Part shown: piece after piece, positions 10,120-21,443 of the stretch
Numbering within the stretch: position 1 is the first letter of the stretch
How the letters are laid out: the number at the start of each line of letters is the position of its first letter
From: Amphiscolops sp. MND2022
Taxonomy: Eukaryota
Length of the DNA: 64,000 nt
Assembly: GCA_964187785.1 (NCBI GenBank)
Contig: OZ076409.1
Coordinates: 28,584,001 to 28,648,000 of the forward strand
Direction: 5' to 3'
The notes under the pieces: generated by a model
Databases searched by the model: none
Seen by the model: the letters and a program-made list of their open reading frames with translations, nothing else
Told to the model about the DNA's origin: nothing
Program-made: the position numbers and the translations under genes

Positions 10120-11349
10120 ATGGAATTATTTTCTTTGAAAAATAAATATGTTATGGATAAACCTATTCATAAAATTGATTTTATTAAATACTCACCTAGT
10201 AGTTTAGCTACAATCAACAATAATAATTCAAATATTTCCATCATCTTCCCAAGAGAAGATGCATATTTTTGTTTACAAAACTCATACATATCATTAGAAT
10301 TTGAAGTTCTTAAAAATGATGATACAAGATATGCAGATGGTGATCAAATAAGTTTAGTTAATTTTGGACCCGTTGCTTTATTTAGTGAAGCTAAGTTAAC
10401 TACTAGTTCGGGCAAGCATTTAGAAAAAGTTGATAACCTACACCCAATTTCTTTGATGCATAAACTTTTAACATCTAATCAACAAACAAGTCAATTGATG
10501 TACGGATTTGAAGAATCACAAGCAACTAGAAGACAAGAACTAACAACAAACAAAACAGAAAAAGGAACCTTTTTTGTTAGAATTAGGTTGAGTGATATAT
10601 TTGGATTTGCTGATCAAGAAAAAATAACTTATGGATTGGGTTATACTCTTACTTTAAAACGAAATAATAATAATGATCCTATCATCAGGGACAATGGTGT
10701 AGATGCTGCAAAAATAAATATAAAAGACATCTCCTGGTATATTCCACACTATGTTCCTAGCTTAGAAAACCAGCAACTCGTGATGGATCAAATATTAGAC
10801 AAAGATCCAACTGAATTATATTACATGGAACGAGTTGTTTTTAGAAAAGATGTTAACACGAATAATAATTGGACATTTGAATTAGGTAATAGTGGAGAAT
10901 CAACACCAACTTTTGTAATTGTTGCTTTTCAAGCTAGAAATAAAATTGATTCACAAACACATGATAATGCAATATTTGATCGTTTACCTGTTTCAAATGC
11001 TGTTTGTAAAATAGGATCAGAGAAATATCCCGATGATGGAATAGAATGTGATTATGATAGAGACAAATATGACCAAGCATACAGTGAAATTGAAAACTTC
11101 TATTTGTTAAAAAGTGAAACTAACCTACTCAATCCGTTTATTGATTTGCATAAATTCAGGACAAATTATAATTTCTATGTATTTGATTTATCCAAACAAA
11201 AAGACCCCATCGGGAGTCAACCTACTAGATTAGAATTCAAATTTAATGCTGCTATTGATGTAGCAGACTATATAGCTTATGCCCTAGTCCTAACACCTAA
11301 ACTGATAAGTATCAGTAGTGATGGACGAAGGCATTTTGATTTATTATGA
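10120..11349 (+). CDS. Major capsid protein (double jelly-roll)
   Basis: 409 aa with SYISLEF, ALFSEAKL, IRLSDIFGF, ISWYIPHYVPS, PTFVIVAFQ, KYP and FYVFDLS patterns of Polinton DJR MCPs; adjacent to pPolB. Confidence 0.85.
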   Translation: MELFSLKNKYVMDKPIHKIDFIKYSPSSLATINNNNSNISIIFPREDAYFCLQNSYISLEFEVLKNDDTRYADGDQISLVNFGPVALFSEAKLTTSSGKHLEKVDNLHPISLMHKLLTSNQQTSQLMYGFEESQATRRQELTTNKTEKGTFFVRIRLSDIFGFADQEKITYGLGYTLTLKRNNNNDPIIRDNGVDAAKINIKDISWYIPHYVPSLENQQLVMDQILDKDPTELYYMERVVFRKDVNTNNNWTFELGNSGESTPTFVIVAFQARNKIDSQTHDNAIFDRLPVSNAVCKIGSEKYPDDGIECDYDRDKYDQAYSEIENFYLLKSETNLLNPFIDLHKFRTNYNFYVFDLSKQKDPIGSQPTRLEFKFNAAIDVADYIAYALVLTPKLISISSDGRRHFDLL

Positions 11350-11447
11350 ATAAATATAATTTAAATATATAATAATACAGCTTTGCTGATATGATAAATA
11401 AATTTATTTTTATAAATAATAATAATTATAAAATAAGATATTTATTT

Positions 11448-14400
11448 TTATAAAACATGTGCTCGATCACTTATCAACTTCACAAGTTGTTGAAGGGTGA
11501 GTGCTTGTTTCCAATACCAAACACTCCAATATATTTCTTCATCTGTTTTCTTGCTACCGTCAACATTTATAGTTAAATCTTTATAATACAAACCAAATAA
11601 TTTCAAACAATAGATACAAGGGCAATCACTTTTTTGTGTGTGTTTATCCCATGGTAAACTTTGTATTGGATTTATACACAAACGTTTATCGTCAAAAGGA
11701 TTCAAACACAACTTAGGTAGTTTTTCAACTGTGAGGTTGTGTAAATTAGATCTAATTGATATATTTGTAGAACTTGATGTTTCTGAATTAAACAATGAAT
11801 TTTGATATTCTTCACATTTAGGAGCTTTTTGTATTCCTCTTTGTTTCGCTTTTTGAGTGATACCGGAGGCGCATTGCGTACCATTCGGATTATTATAACT
11901 AAAAGAATATGACTTTGATCGCAATGCTGTGAAGGTATCTAACACCAAAACTGGACTTGTTTCAATTTTCATTTTCCCTATGACTTTTTTGTTAATAGGA
12001 TCATATAATTCATCACTTGGGTCTAATTCACTGAAATCAAATTCATCTTGGTTTTCTTGTAAAAAGTTTATTAGTTCTTGGTGGTTTGTATCAAAACTCA
12101 GAATAAAACTATCAGTGTCCATGTAGTGTAGTTGTATGGATTGTTTCCAATATGGTTGTAATTTGTTATAATAAAATTCATACATTAACAACTTGCTCAG
12201 TTCTAGTACTGTAAAACCTAAATAAATTGGTTTATCAAAGACTGTTTTTTCTTTATCAAACTTGTACACGCTAAATTTAGAATAATGATCCATGATTCCT
12301 TTGAAACTTAACTTGGATTGTCTTTTTATTATTTGATCTATTTGAGAATGATCAATGATATCTAGATTGGTTCTATCTCTTACATTTTCCATCGTCTTGC
12401 CAAAGAAAGCGTTGTTCATTAATTTATAAAGATCCTTTTCAAAGTTTGTTTTCGCTACTGTGCGTTTCTGAGTATTATGATCGATATATTTACCTAACCA
12501 TGGACTTTGTTTAAACTTATAGATAGTATGTATCTTCGTTACTTTCATCCCTTGGTTAAGATAAAACTTAAACATCCTATAATGTATCATATATTTCGAT
12601 TTATTGGTTACATCACACATAAGTTTTGATGTTGGTTTGTAATTAGGTTGATTTATATTATTCATATAACCTGAGAATAAGTTTGGATCTGCTTTTGTTT
12701 GATATGGACAAAAAGGAAATTTTTTTGTTTTTTCTTTAATTTCAGCTGGATATTCTAAGTTACATTCTATAAAGTATCCAAATTCATTGTCATCTGGTGT
12801 ATTGAAAATGTCCTCTTTAATTTCATTCATCAGTACAGAATCATATTCACAACAGAGCTTTATCTTTTTAAAGTCTCCAGTAGGAAGGTATTGACTCATT
12901 GCCAATCCATATAGACTATTTGCATCGATATATAAGATTTGTTTATTTTCATCAGATTGCACATGACGATCTCCCATAACACTTGAAATTCCTCCACGTA
13001 TATTGTTTTCTAAAAGTAATAATAATTCTTTACATTTTATATAATCTAATTTTATATTAGTCAACTTTAATCCTGCTTTCCATGTATAACCAGGTAGAGA
13101 GTAACTATACAAAGGATTAATTTTATATTCTCGTGTAGAACTTTCCACAAAGTTTTCAAATACATCAGCTAATTGTAGAACGTCCATTTTCAAATATAAC
13201 ATTGTTAATTCTCTTCCATTTTTAATTTTAGTTTTATCAATTAATTCTTGGGTTCTTTTTATATCATCATCTGATGGATAAGATTGTGTTAATGTTGACC
13301 AATAATCTTCTTTGGTTAGATTTAATGGTTCCTGAAAGTTATCAAGATTTAAGTATTCATATGGATAAGCTAATTTCTTTTTAAATAAATCATCACTCAT
13401 TCTTTCCAATTTCATGATAGGAAAATTGTCTAAACTCTTAACTAATTTATCTAAACTGGAAGAAAGAAATCGGTATGAATCTAAGAATCTCAAACAACCT
13501 ACTTGTACACTAACATAATTTTCCAGTGATTTTGGAATTATCGTTGGATTATAATTTTGATTGTATGCTTCGGTTAAAAGTTCTTCAAATATAAGATGAC
13601 AATCATACCCAGAAAAGATATGGAAAAATATAGGAACAAAACTTGATGACTTTTGTTTACAATTTATGTTACATATATTATGAGCTGCTCCTCTGTATTT
13701 TCCTGTTAGATGATCATGATCTCTAACTTTTTCACCTTCGAGTGGATTTTCACAAAGCCAACACTCTTCTGCAAGTTGAAATTGTACTTCTTCTCCTTGA
13801 CTCATTTCTAATTCTAAATTTGTTTTAAAATATTTTGATGCAATTTTTTCTAAAGTTAACATTCTATTCACAAACCACGTGGTACAATCTATTCCAAAGT
13901 ATGAATAGTAATAATTTCCGAATGGTGAAATTACATAATATCCTACTGCAATTGGAATTTGTTTGAATAACACGTTGGGGGTATTTTGAGGTTGATTGAT
14001 ACATTCAAAATCTGCATATACTCTTATTGGTACAGGAACTTTCATATAATAATCTTCGAACTTTAACTGATCCTTCCAACTGAATGTGATATTAGTTGGT
14101 TGTTGATTTATACATCTTTCCATATGATCAATAAGAACTGGTTGTGAACTAAATGCTGTTAAACATCTTCTACATACATGTTTCATATGTGAATCTTTAT
14201 TTATTAGACAATGCAACCTTGTTATTAGACAATAGTGATTTTGATATAGTAATAAATCTATTTGTGGTTGTAAGTAATTTTTATTAACGTGGATTGGTGT
14301 TAAAACATTTCCAGTGAGTTCAAATACATTTATAGTTAAATTAATTAGGTTTTCGAACTTGGGAATATCTTTAACTTTCATAGGGAACTCTAATCCTTTC

Positions 14401-15233
14401 AGGTTGAGTTTATTTAAATGAATAATATATTTTGATATTCTATCTTTATGATTCTCAACTGGATATAACTGGGCTAAAATACACCATAAAAAACAATATT
14501 GATCATTATTCTTTATATTTATGATTGATTTATTATCCTTATATTTTCCTGGTAATTCAATATATGATGAAGCTTGAATATCATTAACTTTATATATTTC
14601 TAAAAAAACTTCTTCTATTTCTTGAAACACAAAACCTGATCCTTCTAATTGTTCATCATCTAATTTCTGCATTAATGTGTTATGAGTATCTTGTTGTGTA
14701 CCGAAGGTGCTTTGCATGTGATTATACGTTAGATCTGATTTTATCCATCTTTTAAATACTTCTTCTTCTCCATTGACTATTTTTGAAAATTTAGCTAGAT
14801 AACTCAATTGATATTTATATCGGGGAAAATAATTTTTACTAAGTAATTCATTTATATGATCTTCGAGATTACTAGTTGGATTTATTTTAAGTTTAATGTA
14901 TGTATTTTCATTCATAATTTTTTCTACTCCATTACCGAAATTTTGCATGTTTTCCCGTTGACGGTTTTGTAAATGAATTTCACTTTGGAAATGTCTTGTT
15001 GTATCAGATATATATTTACTACAATCTTCACACCAAACACGTCGTTGTTCGGTTTTATTTTTATGTTCATCTGAACTTAAATGAGAAATTTTATCTGAGA
15101 TAGGCATATATAAATTACATTTTTCACAATAATATTGATCTAATTTTTCAAGATGTTTTACTGTTTTTAAATGATCAGACTTGAAAACTTTTTTATAATT
15201 TAAATTACAAATACTACAATTCTCCATTTCCAT
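11448..15233 (-). CDS. Protein-primed family B DNA polymerase with N-terminal C2H2 zinc fingers and an inserted EndoVII/HNH-like module
   Basis: Exonuclease motifs YADFE, H.FSGYD, FLDS, YPYEY, YLKMDV; polymerase motifs YIDANSLYG, KLMNNAFFGK, YMDTDS; C..C...VRDHDHLTGKYRGAAH..CN insert; three CxxC...H.....H fingers at the N-terminus. Confidence 0.96.
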   Translation of the reverse strand: MEMENCSICNLNYKKVFKSDHLKTVKHLEKLDQYYCEKCNLYMPISDKISHLSSDEHKNKTEQRRVWCEDCSKYISDTTRHFQSEIHLQNRQRENMQNFGNGVEKIMNENTYIKLKINPTSNLEDHINELLSKNYFPRYKYQLSYLAKFSKIVNGEEEVFKRWIKSDLTYNHMQSTFGTQQDTHNTLMQKLDDEQLEGSGFVFQEIEEVFLEIYKVNDIQASSYIELPGKYKDNKSIINIKNNDQYCFLWCILAQLYPVENHKDRISKYIIHLNKLNLKGLEFPMKVKDIPKFENLINLTINVFELTGNVLTPIHVNKNYLQPQIDLLLYQNHYCLITRLHCLINKDSHMKHVCRRCLTAFSSQPVLIDHMERCINQQPTNITFSWKDQLKFEDYYMKVPVPIRVYADFECINQPQNTPNVLFKQIPIAVGYYVISPFGNYYYSYFGIDCTTWFVNRMLTLEKIASKYFKTNLELEMSQGEEVQFQLAEECWLCENPLEGEKVRDHDHLTGKYRGAAHNICNINCKQKSSSFVPIFFHIFSGYDCHLIFEELLTEAYNQNYNPTIIPKSLENYVSVQVGCLRFLDSYRFLSSSLDKLVKSLDNFPIMKLERMSDDLFKKKLAYPYEYLNLDNFQEPLNLTKEDYWSTLTQSYPSDDDIKRTQELIDKTKIKNGRELTMLYLKMDVLQLADVFENFVESSTREYKINPLYSYSLPGYTWKAGLKLTNIKLDYIKCKELLLLLENNIRGGISSVMGDRHVQSDENKQILYIDANSLYGLAMSQYLPTGDFKKIKLCCEYDSVLMNEIKEDIFNTPDDNEFGYFIECNLEYPAEIKEKTKKFPFCPYQTKADPNLFSGYMNNINQPNYKPTSKLMCDVTNKSKYMIHYRMFKFYLNQGMKVTKIHTIYKFKQSPWLGKYIDHNTQKRTVAKTNFEKDLYKLMNNAFFGKTMENVRDRTNLDIIDHSQIDQIIKRQSKLSFKGIMDHYSKFSVYKFDKEKTVFDKPIYLGFTVLELSKLLMYEFYYNKLQPYWKQSIQLHYMDTDSFILSFDTNHQELINFLQENQDEFDFSELDPSDELYDPINKKVIGKMKIETSPVLVLDTFTALRSKSYSFSYNNPNGTQCASGITQKAKQRGIQKAPKCEEYQNSLFNSETSSSTNISIRSNLHNLTVEKLPKLCLNPFDDKRLCINPIQSLPWDKHTQKSDCPCIYCLKLFGLYYKDLTINVDGSKKTDEEIYWSVWYWKQALTLQQLVKLISDRAHVL

Positions 15234-15994
15234 TTATTAAAGAAAAAATAGTTTAATTAAAAATTTTTCAATAATAATTTTTCAAAAAATTGGTGAAAAA
15301 ATAATTTAATTTTGTGGGTTCAATAAAATTTTCTACTTGTAAAATGTGTGTCTTGTTATTGTCTATAACTTTGTTCTCCTGTATCATTGCGCTGCGATAA
15401 ATCATTTTCGAGAAAATTGAGAAAAACCCAATTTTTACACCTGTTTTTATAGGTGGTAATTAGTGGGTTGATTTTAGAGAAAACATTCAGTGACAAAATT
15501 TGTGTAACTTTTAATTATCTACAACTTTTATTTCTGTGAATTTTGTCTAAAATTATTTCCCGTTGAGATATTAGGCAAACTATCTTTTCCCATGTATTAA
15601 GATTAGGTATAATTCACAAGAACTAGAACAACTTCATGGTTGCAAGAAGGAGCCAAAAAAATGTCAGCGATAAAAGTTTTTGCCAAAAAGTTTGTCACTG
15701 AAAAAATTTTTTGCCAAAATTTTTGCCAGGCTGGCACGAATTCTGGCAAATTTGCTTTGATGTTTCTTTCATGTTTCTCGAGTGTGAAATGTCAATTTGT
15801 CTGCATTGCACACTTCACTGCAAAAATGAATTGAATTGCACATGTTACACTTTTAAACCAACGTTGCTGTAATTCATTCCAAAAAATTTTTGCTTCACAA
15901 ATTTTCTCTATTACCATCCACGGCAACATAGAGGTTAGTGATTTTTTGCTTCAAGACAAAGTTTTCCACTGGAAAAATTTGTTCATTGATTTTT

Positions 15995-16242
15995 ATTTTG
16001 GTAATTTTTCAGTTGTGAAAAATAACTAATTTTAGATGGTTTGCCTTGGTTATTTTTTAACAGTTAGTTGTGAAAAAAACGTTGATTTTTTTTAAAAAAA
16101 AATTAATTAACATTTGTTTTAAAAAAATTTTTGACTGGTCCGAATTCCCGATTCGTTTGGTATTCATAATTTTTAAAAAAATAATCAACATTTTTTTTAA
16201 AAAAAAAAAATTTGACTGGTCCGAATCGGGAATTCGTATACT
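15995..16242 (-). repeat. Polinton right TIR with an internal partial duplication
   Basis: Reverse complement of the left TIR; the block ...ttgactggtccgaat occurs twice (16131 and 16212). Confidence 0.92.
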
Positions 16243-17182
16243 CACAGACAGTTTTTGTTTTCGATCTTGCTAGGTCCCCTTAAGAGCGTTTAGAGCCGGT
16301 GCGACAATTTTTTGAAAACAAATTTTCCAAAATTCATTTCTTGGCAAGTTTGGCTTTTTAAACCTTTTCCGTTAAGGATAAGCGTTTTTCGAGCCTAGAA
16401 GCCTATTGTTTTTTTCGCTCACTGCGACTTTCAAAAACTGGGTCATGAAAACGTCAAAGTGGGCCCCACTTTGCTTCAATTTGTTTTCAGATCTGAAGAG
16501 TTATTCCAATACTTACTCTACTCGAATCTGACGAGAAGTTTTCAATGTGGCATCCTCGCATGCTTTTTAGGTTTTTGATGAACATAAAAATCACTGAAAG
16601 GACGCATAAAAAACTTTTGAAAAACCTCCATTCAACTTGCAAAATTCTCTAAACAGATCCATGCACATTTGAGAAAAAAGATCCCTGCAGTCTACAACAT
16701 GTATGGAAAAAATCCTAGCAATTTTAACGAAAAAGTTTTTTTAAAGTTCGAGAAAAGGGCTAAAAAGGCCGTCTTTAGACCTTTCAAAATTTATTTCTCA
16801 CGTGATCTGTCATGTCAAAGGAACGCATGAATTGCCCTTGGTCTTAAATTACATAAAAACACTTATCCGTCACTAAATGAAAACAACGCAAAAAAATCAT
16901 CGAAAATACAAAAATTGTTTGGGAACAGTTCCGGGCTCAACAAAAATGAAATGTTGAGATCTCAATGAGTTTTAAACATACTGACAGCTTGTTCCTGACA
17001 GCCGACTTTCTTCTTCGAATTCAAATTTCGAAAAAAAATAAATGTTTTATCATAAAAAATGACGAAAATTAATAATTCGCAAGCAATTCGAACAGAAATG
17101 CTCACTGAAGCCTATAATAATTTTGTCATCAAAATATCAGCTTTTGTTATGGATTGTTGATATTCCGCTCTCAAAGTGGTTC

Positions 17183-17703
17183 CCCTGGTCGAGAAAAAAT
17201 GCGTTCCTTGCAAGGATCTTGCAAGATCCTTGTAAAAATGCAATTACTTGTAAGATCTAATTTCAAATCAATAACTGGTACATAACACAATAAATTGGAA
17301 AAAATTTACAGAATACTCAGAAACTGTATTTTAAATGTTGCGTCACTGAAATGTACTACTACTTTTCAAATAACTTCATTAAGATCACACTTTTAGATAT
17401 ATTTTCTAGAGTTTGCATCTTTTTGGTGGTTGAATCCTCTAGTAAGTAAACCCCGTTCTGTGACAGAATCTAATAGTCACGATGCAGTAGTCAACTTGAA
17501 GCCAAAAACAATGAATATAAAAATTTAAAAAAATTGTCGAGAACCTTCCACGAAATTTTTCTCCTTGGAAGAATCTTGCAAGCAAATTTTTTTCCTCGCA
17601 AGATTTTTGCAAGATGTCTTGCAGAAAAATGCATTATCTTGCAAGACCTTGAAAGAAAATCTTGCAAGATCCTTGCAAGGAACGCATTTTTTTTCAACTA
17701 GGG
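17183..17703. mobile_element. Non-autonomous TIR element (MITE) with CCC...GGG ends and CTTGCAAG arrays; probable 2-bp TSD (TC)
   Basis: ~45-bp TIR: ccctggtcgagaaaaaatgcgttccttgcaaggatcttgcaagat at the left end and cttgcaagatccttgcaaggaacgcatttttttcaactaggg at the right end. Confidence 0.8.
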
Positions 17704-19953
17704 TCGCTAAAAAAATCCCTGCGAATCTTTTTTTCGGTTAAAACTTTCTTTTAACGGTTCCACTGCGACTCTTGTTCGTTATACACGTTCATGAAAAATG
17801 GTAATAGAAAAGTTCGATTTGAAAACAAATAAACTTGGCCCTGAGAAGAATTCGAGTAGTTGCGACAAATTTATGCAGAAATTGTAGCAAAATTTTTACT
17901 TTTATAAAAAGAATCCCTTTAAGTTTGTTTCTCAAGAAAATTGAAAATATCTGCTCCTAAACTAATTTAGTCTCCTTTTTGTTCGAGCATACACTCTATT
18001 GATAGGGCTGCTTTGATCATCCAAGTCAAATTTAGAAAGGGTCCTGACAAAGGTATCACGACCGACACAAGGGGATCTTTTTCTGTTGGTCTGGCGTGTT
18101 CAAAAATTCTCATTCAACGTCTCTAGTTGAAAAAACTTTTGTATTTACCTGGAAGAGCGTTGAGTTGCACTGTTTTCTGAAACCTGATTGATCAAACAAG
18201 CTAGATGGGGGAAATATAATGAGAAAATTGTTATCATGGGAAAACAGACAATGAGACAAAAAGCCTTGCACGTTGGCAATGAAAATGGGAAAATTGTCGC
18301 CAAGAGTCCAATGATACCTTTGCTAAATGATTTCTGCTTTGTAATACGGAAGAATTGCGTCTCACTAACAACAATGCGTTGGTTCAGTGACATTCTTGGC
18401 CTTTTTCTCTTGTGGATATATTAACTAAAACCTGAGGGAGTGAGAAAAACTGTCAATCCTTGAAGAGCTTCGGGAGAATGTTTGACACCAATTTTGTTGG
18501 ACGTGAGTGACATTTTTTCAAGATTGATTGAACTAACTACAATTGGAATTCCCATCTATTTTGCTTTGGAGAAAATGATACATCCATTTCCTCTGTCTCT
18601 CCAATAACGAGATAATTAGGTAGCCTTGTTGACAAGTAATTTCGGCATCGCCGAAGTTTTTATATTTTCAAATTAAACTGCACTAACTATTCTTTCTACT
18701 ATACCGTTTATAAAAAATAACAATTTCTACATGTATAACGAATATAACGCATAAAACATTTAGTTCCGATACACCGTGTATGATCACTCCGTGTTTTGTT
18801 TATACAGTTTTTCGACTATGAAGCAAAATTGTGGCAAGGAATTTCATCTAAACTTCAAGGCTGTGACCTATCCGGTTAAACGTTTTCCTACAATATCCAA
18901 TTAAAATTTTCTTTGAACATCTTGTCCTTCATCCTTTCCTGATTAATTTTATCTGTCAAGTTGTCTGTCACTTATCCCAGACTTGAGCGAATTGGGTTAC
19001 TTAAGTCCTGTAAACACCACAAAGTCCACCTTTGACAATATTCAAGACCACAAAAACATGATTTTTGGTTATTTGGTTTCAACTCTACACTTCTCCAGTT
19101 TTTATTCGGCGCATTTCAAGATTTTTTTGTCAGAAAACAAAAAGTATGAAACGGCTATACTAAAGGGTCCCCATTTTCAATTTTTGTTCAGCACTGAGAT
19201 TTTTTAAAAATTCAATATCTCCAAAGGTTTTCCCTTCAATTTTTTGATGTTTCGCAAGAAACTGGATGTTGAAAAAGCCTGAAGGCCCCTCTTTTACATT
19301 TTTTGGCATTGTGAGATTTTTCAAAATGAGTATTTTTCGTCTTAAACGTCAATTTTTTCAGTGGCCCAGCATGCAATATCTAAACTTTTGACGTTATATC
19401 CAAAGTAAATCGCGTTCCACTAAGGAGGAAGGGGATGTTCAAAAGTTTTAGGCCCCAAAAAACATCAGCACTTGAGCAAAACGTTTTATTTAGTCGGCGC
19501 TTTTGATATAAAAGAGACCGACTATTACAATCAGTCGTTTTTAGTCGGCGCGTTTTCCTTTTAACCTTTTAAGGAAAAATGCCCGACTATTGCAGTGACA
19601 TTTTTTTTCAGACTACATTCCTCACAGTGATCAGTCCACTTTTTAGGAACAATCCTGAAACCACCTCAGGCCAAGCGTTTCCCGAGCACGAATGGCACCC
19701 TTTATGTGTTTTCACGCTTTTTCGTAAATTTTTCATGAAAAACGTCCTCTGCATATTTTAAAAATTTTGTGTCTTTTGAGCCTTAAGTTTAGCCTTAAGC
19801 CGATTTGACACGTTCATGTCTTGTTTTAGTCGGCGCCTTTTCTTTTGAGGAAAAAACCCGACTATTACAGTGAGCAGTTTTTTAAATTTTTCACTTCACT
19901 CTGAATGGTCCACTTTTTTGTTCATTTGTTCAACTATTTAGCCGAGAGGGTAT

Positions 19954-20083
19954 AGTTCGGATAAAACGTTTCAAAGTTCGGATGTAACTTTTTAAAAGTT
20001 CGGATTTAACGGTTTTCATAGTTCGAATGTAATGTTTTCAAAGTTTGGATATAACGTTGTCAAAGTTCTGATATAACGTTTTC
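19954..20083. repeat. ~21-bp minisatellite (agttcggatataacgttttcaa), about 6 copies; also at ~40203-40265 and ~47148-47280
   Basis: Directly visible tandem units, associated with the dispersed AGTCGGCGC repeat family. Confidence 0.8.
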
Positions 20084-20688
20084 ATTTTCCCCAATTTTTT
20101 GATATTTTCCCAAAATTTCACATAATTTGTTGAGCCTTAGATATGCGCCGACTTGGGCCGTTCCCGGCTTGTTTTTCTCCAGGCCTCAGACCTCACACTG
20201 AAAGGTTAGCTCATTGTAAAATTTCTTTAGGCCTTCCTACCTTACTAGCAAGCATTCTCTTGTGGTTACGAAGGGTAGCGCTTTTGGTAACCACAAAATT
20301 TTTTGCTGATACTAGAAAGACAACTTAGAAGGTTACAATTGTTTTCGGAATCGTGAGTCATTTTTCGAAACGTTTTTTGAAATTCTGCGGGAGATGAGTT
20401 TTGTCAATGATTATAGAAAAGACCTACGGTTTTTCGACACTGTGTGACTTTTTTTGAATAAACTTTTGTAACAGAACCTTCTGGTACACATTCAGTCGAT
20501 TTTGTAATTGTGACATGTCAAGAAAATTTATGGAAATTCTAATTCGATGTGTGACGTGGCACTAGGCATGTGATTGCTCTTTTTGCTGTTTCCACAGTTT
20601 TCAATGGAAAACGAGAATGAGAGCAGACCGAGCGGGAACACCGAAAACAAAACAGCATGAGAGCTTAAAGAGACCGTGGAAACCTCGA

Positions 20689-21443
20689 ACAAGACGGGAA
20701 GGTCTCAAGTCGGCGCTACATCTAAGGCTCAAAAAAGCGCTAAGTTTTTAAACTTGTAAAAGGAGGGACCCTTTCGGCTTTTTGGAAACCCAGTCTGTTG
20801 CAAAATATCAAAAAAATTGAAGGAGACATTAAAAAAATTCGGAATTTTTTTTGAAAAAACTTTCGAAAAAACGAAAAATGAGAATTTTGAAACTGTCTCA
20901 CAGTGCTCAAAATTAGAAAGGGGTCACTTTAGGTTTTTTGAAACTTCAGTTTGCTACAAATTATCAAAAAACACCTAAGGGGGGACCGTTTGGCGACAAA
21001 AGAAAATTTTGAAAATTTTTTGAAAAAAATTTTTTTTTAACGAAAAATGAGAATTTTGAAAGTCTCAGAGTGCCGAAAAACTAGAAAGGGGGGACCCTTT
21101 GGGCTTTTTGAAACTTCAGTTTGCTGCAAAATATCAAAAAAACTTGAAGGGGGGACCGTTTGGCGACAAAAGAAAATTCGAAAAAAAAGTCGCACAGTGC
21201 CGAAAAAAAATTCAAAGGGGGGACCCTGTAGTCCCGTCCGGTTTTGTATCTTTCGTTAAAAATTGAGTACACGAAAGGGGGGACCATTTGCACTAACTTA
21301 GATATGTTTCCGCTTGCCGGTCCAGTAGTTTAATAGTTCTGTACAAAAAGTGTCCACTATGCATACATTCATTTATCTGACGAAAAAAAACTAGTCACTG
21401 TAATAGTTGGGCCAATTTTCTTCTAAAATGCGCCGACTAAAAA
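20689..21443 (+). mobile_element. Dispersed non-autonomous repeat, Helentron/DINE-1-like; related ends at ~19490-20172, 32475, 36591, 40430, 54464-56460, 57347 and 62468
   Basis: Begins aacaagacggga..caAGTCGGCGC..aaggctcaaaa and ends gtcactgtaatagt..GCGCCGACTaaaa (sub-terminal inverted motif, A/T-run insertion site); internal ~120-bp duplication. Confidence 0.55.

Larger units (their letters stand above)
2494..16242. mobile_element. Full-length endogenous Maverick/Polinton (polintovirus), 13,749 bp
   Basis: Termini AGTAGTATACGAATT... and ...AATTCGTATACT; 6-bp TSD CACAGA at 2488-2493 and 16243-16248; pPolB, integrase, MCP, mCP, protease and ATPase genes; intronless, densely packed and very AT-rich. 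Confidence 0.97.

Noticed and set aside
2494..16242. Contaminating viral contig or misassembly
   Set aside because: The perfect 6-bp TSD on both sides and the accumulated mutations indicate a genuine integration.
17960..18640. Possible exons on the minus strand
   Set aside because: Splice-like sites exist, but there is no consistent frame or recognisable protein.
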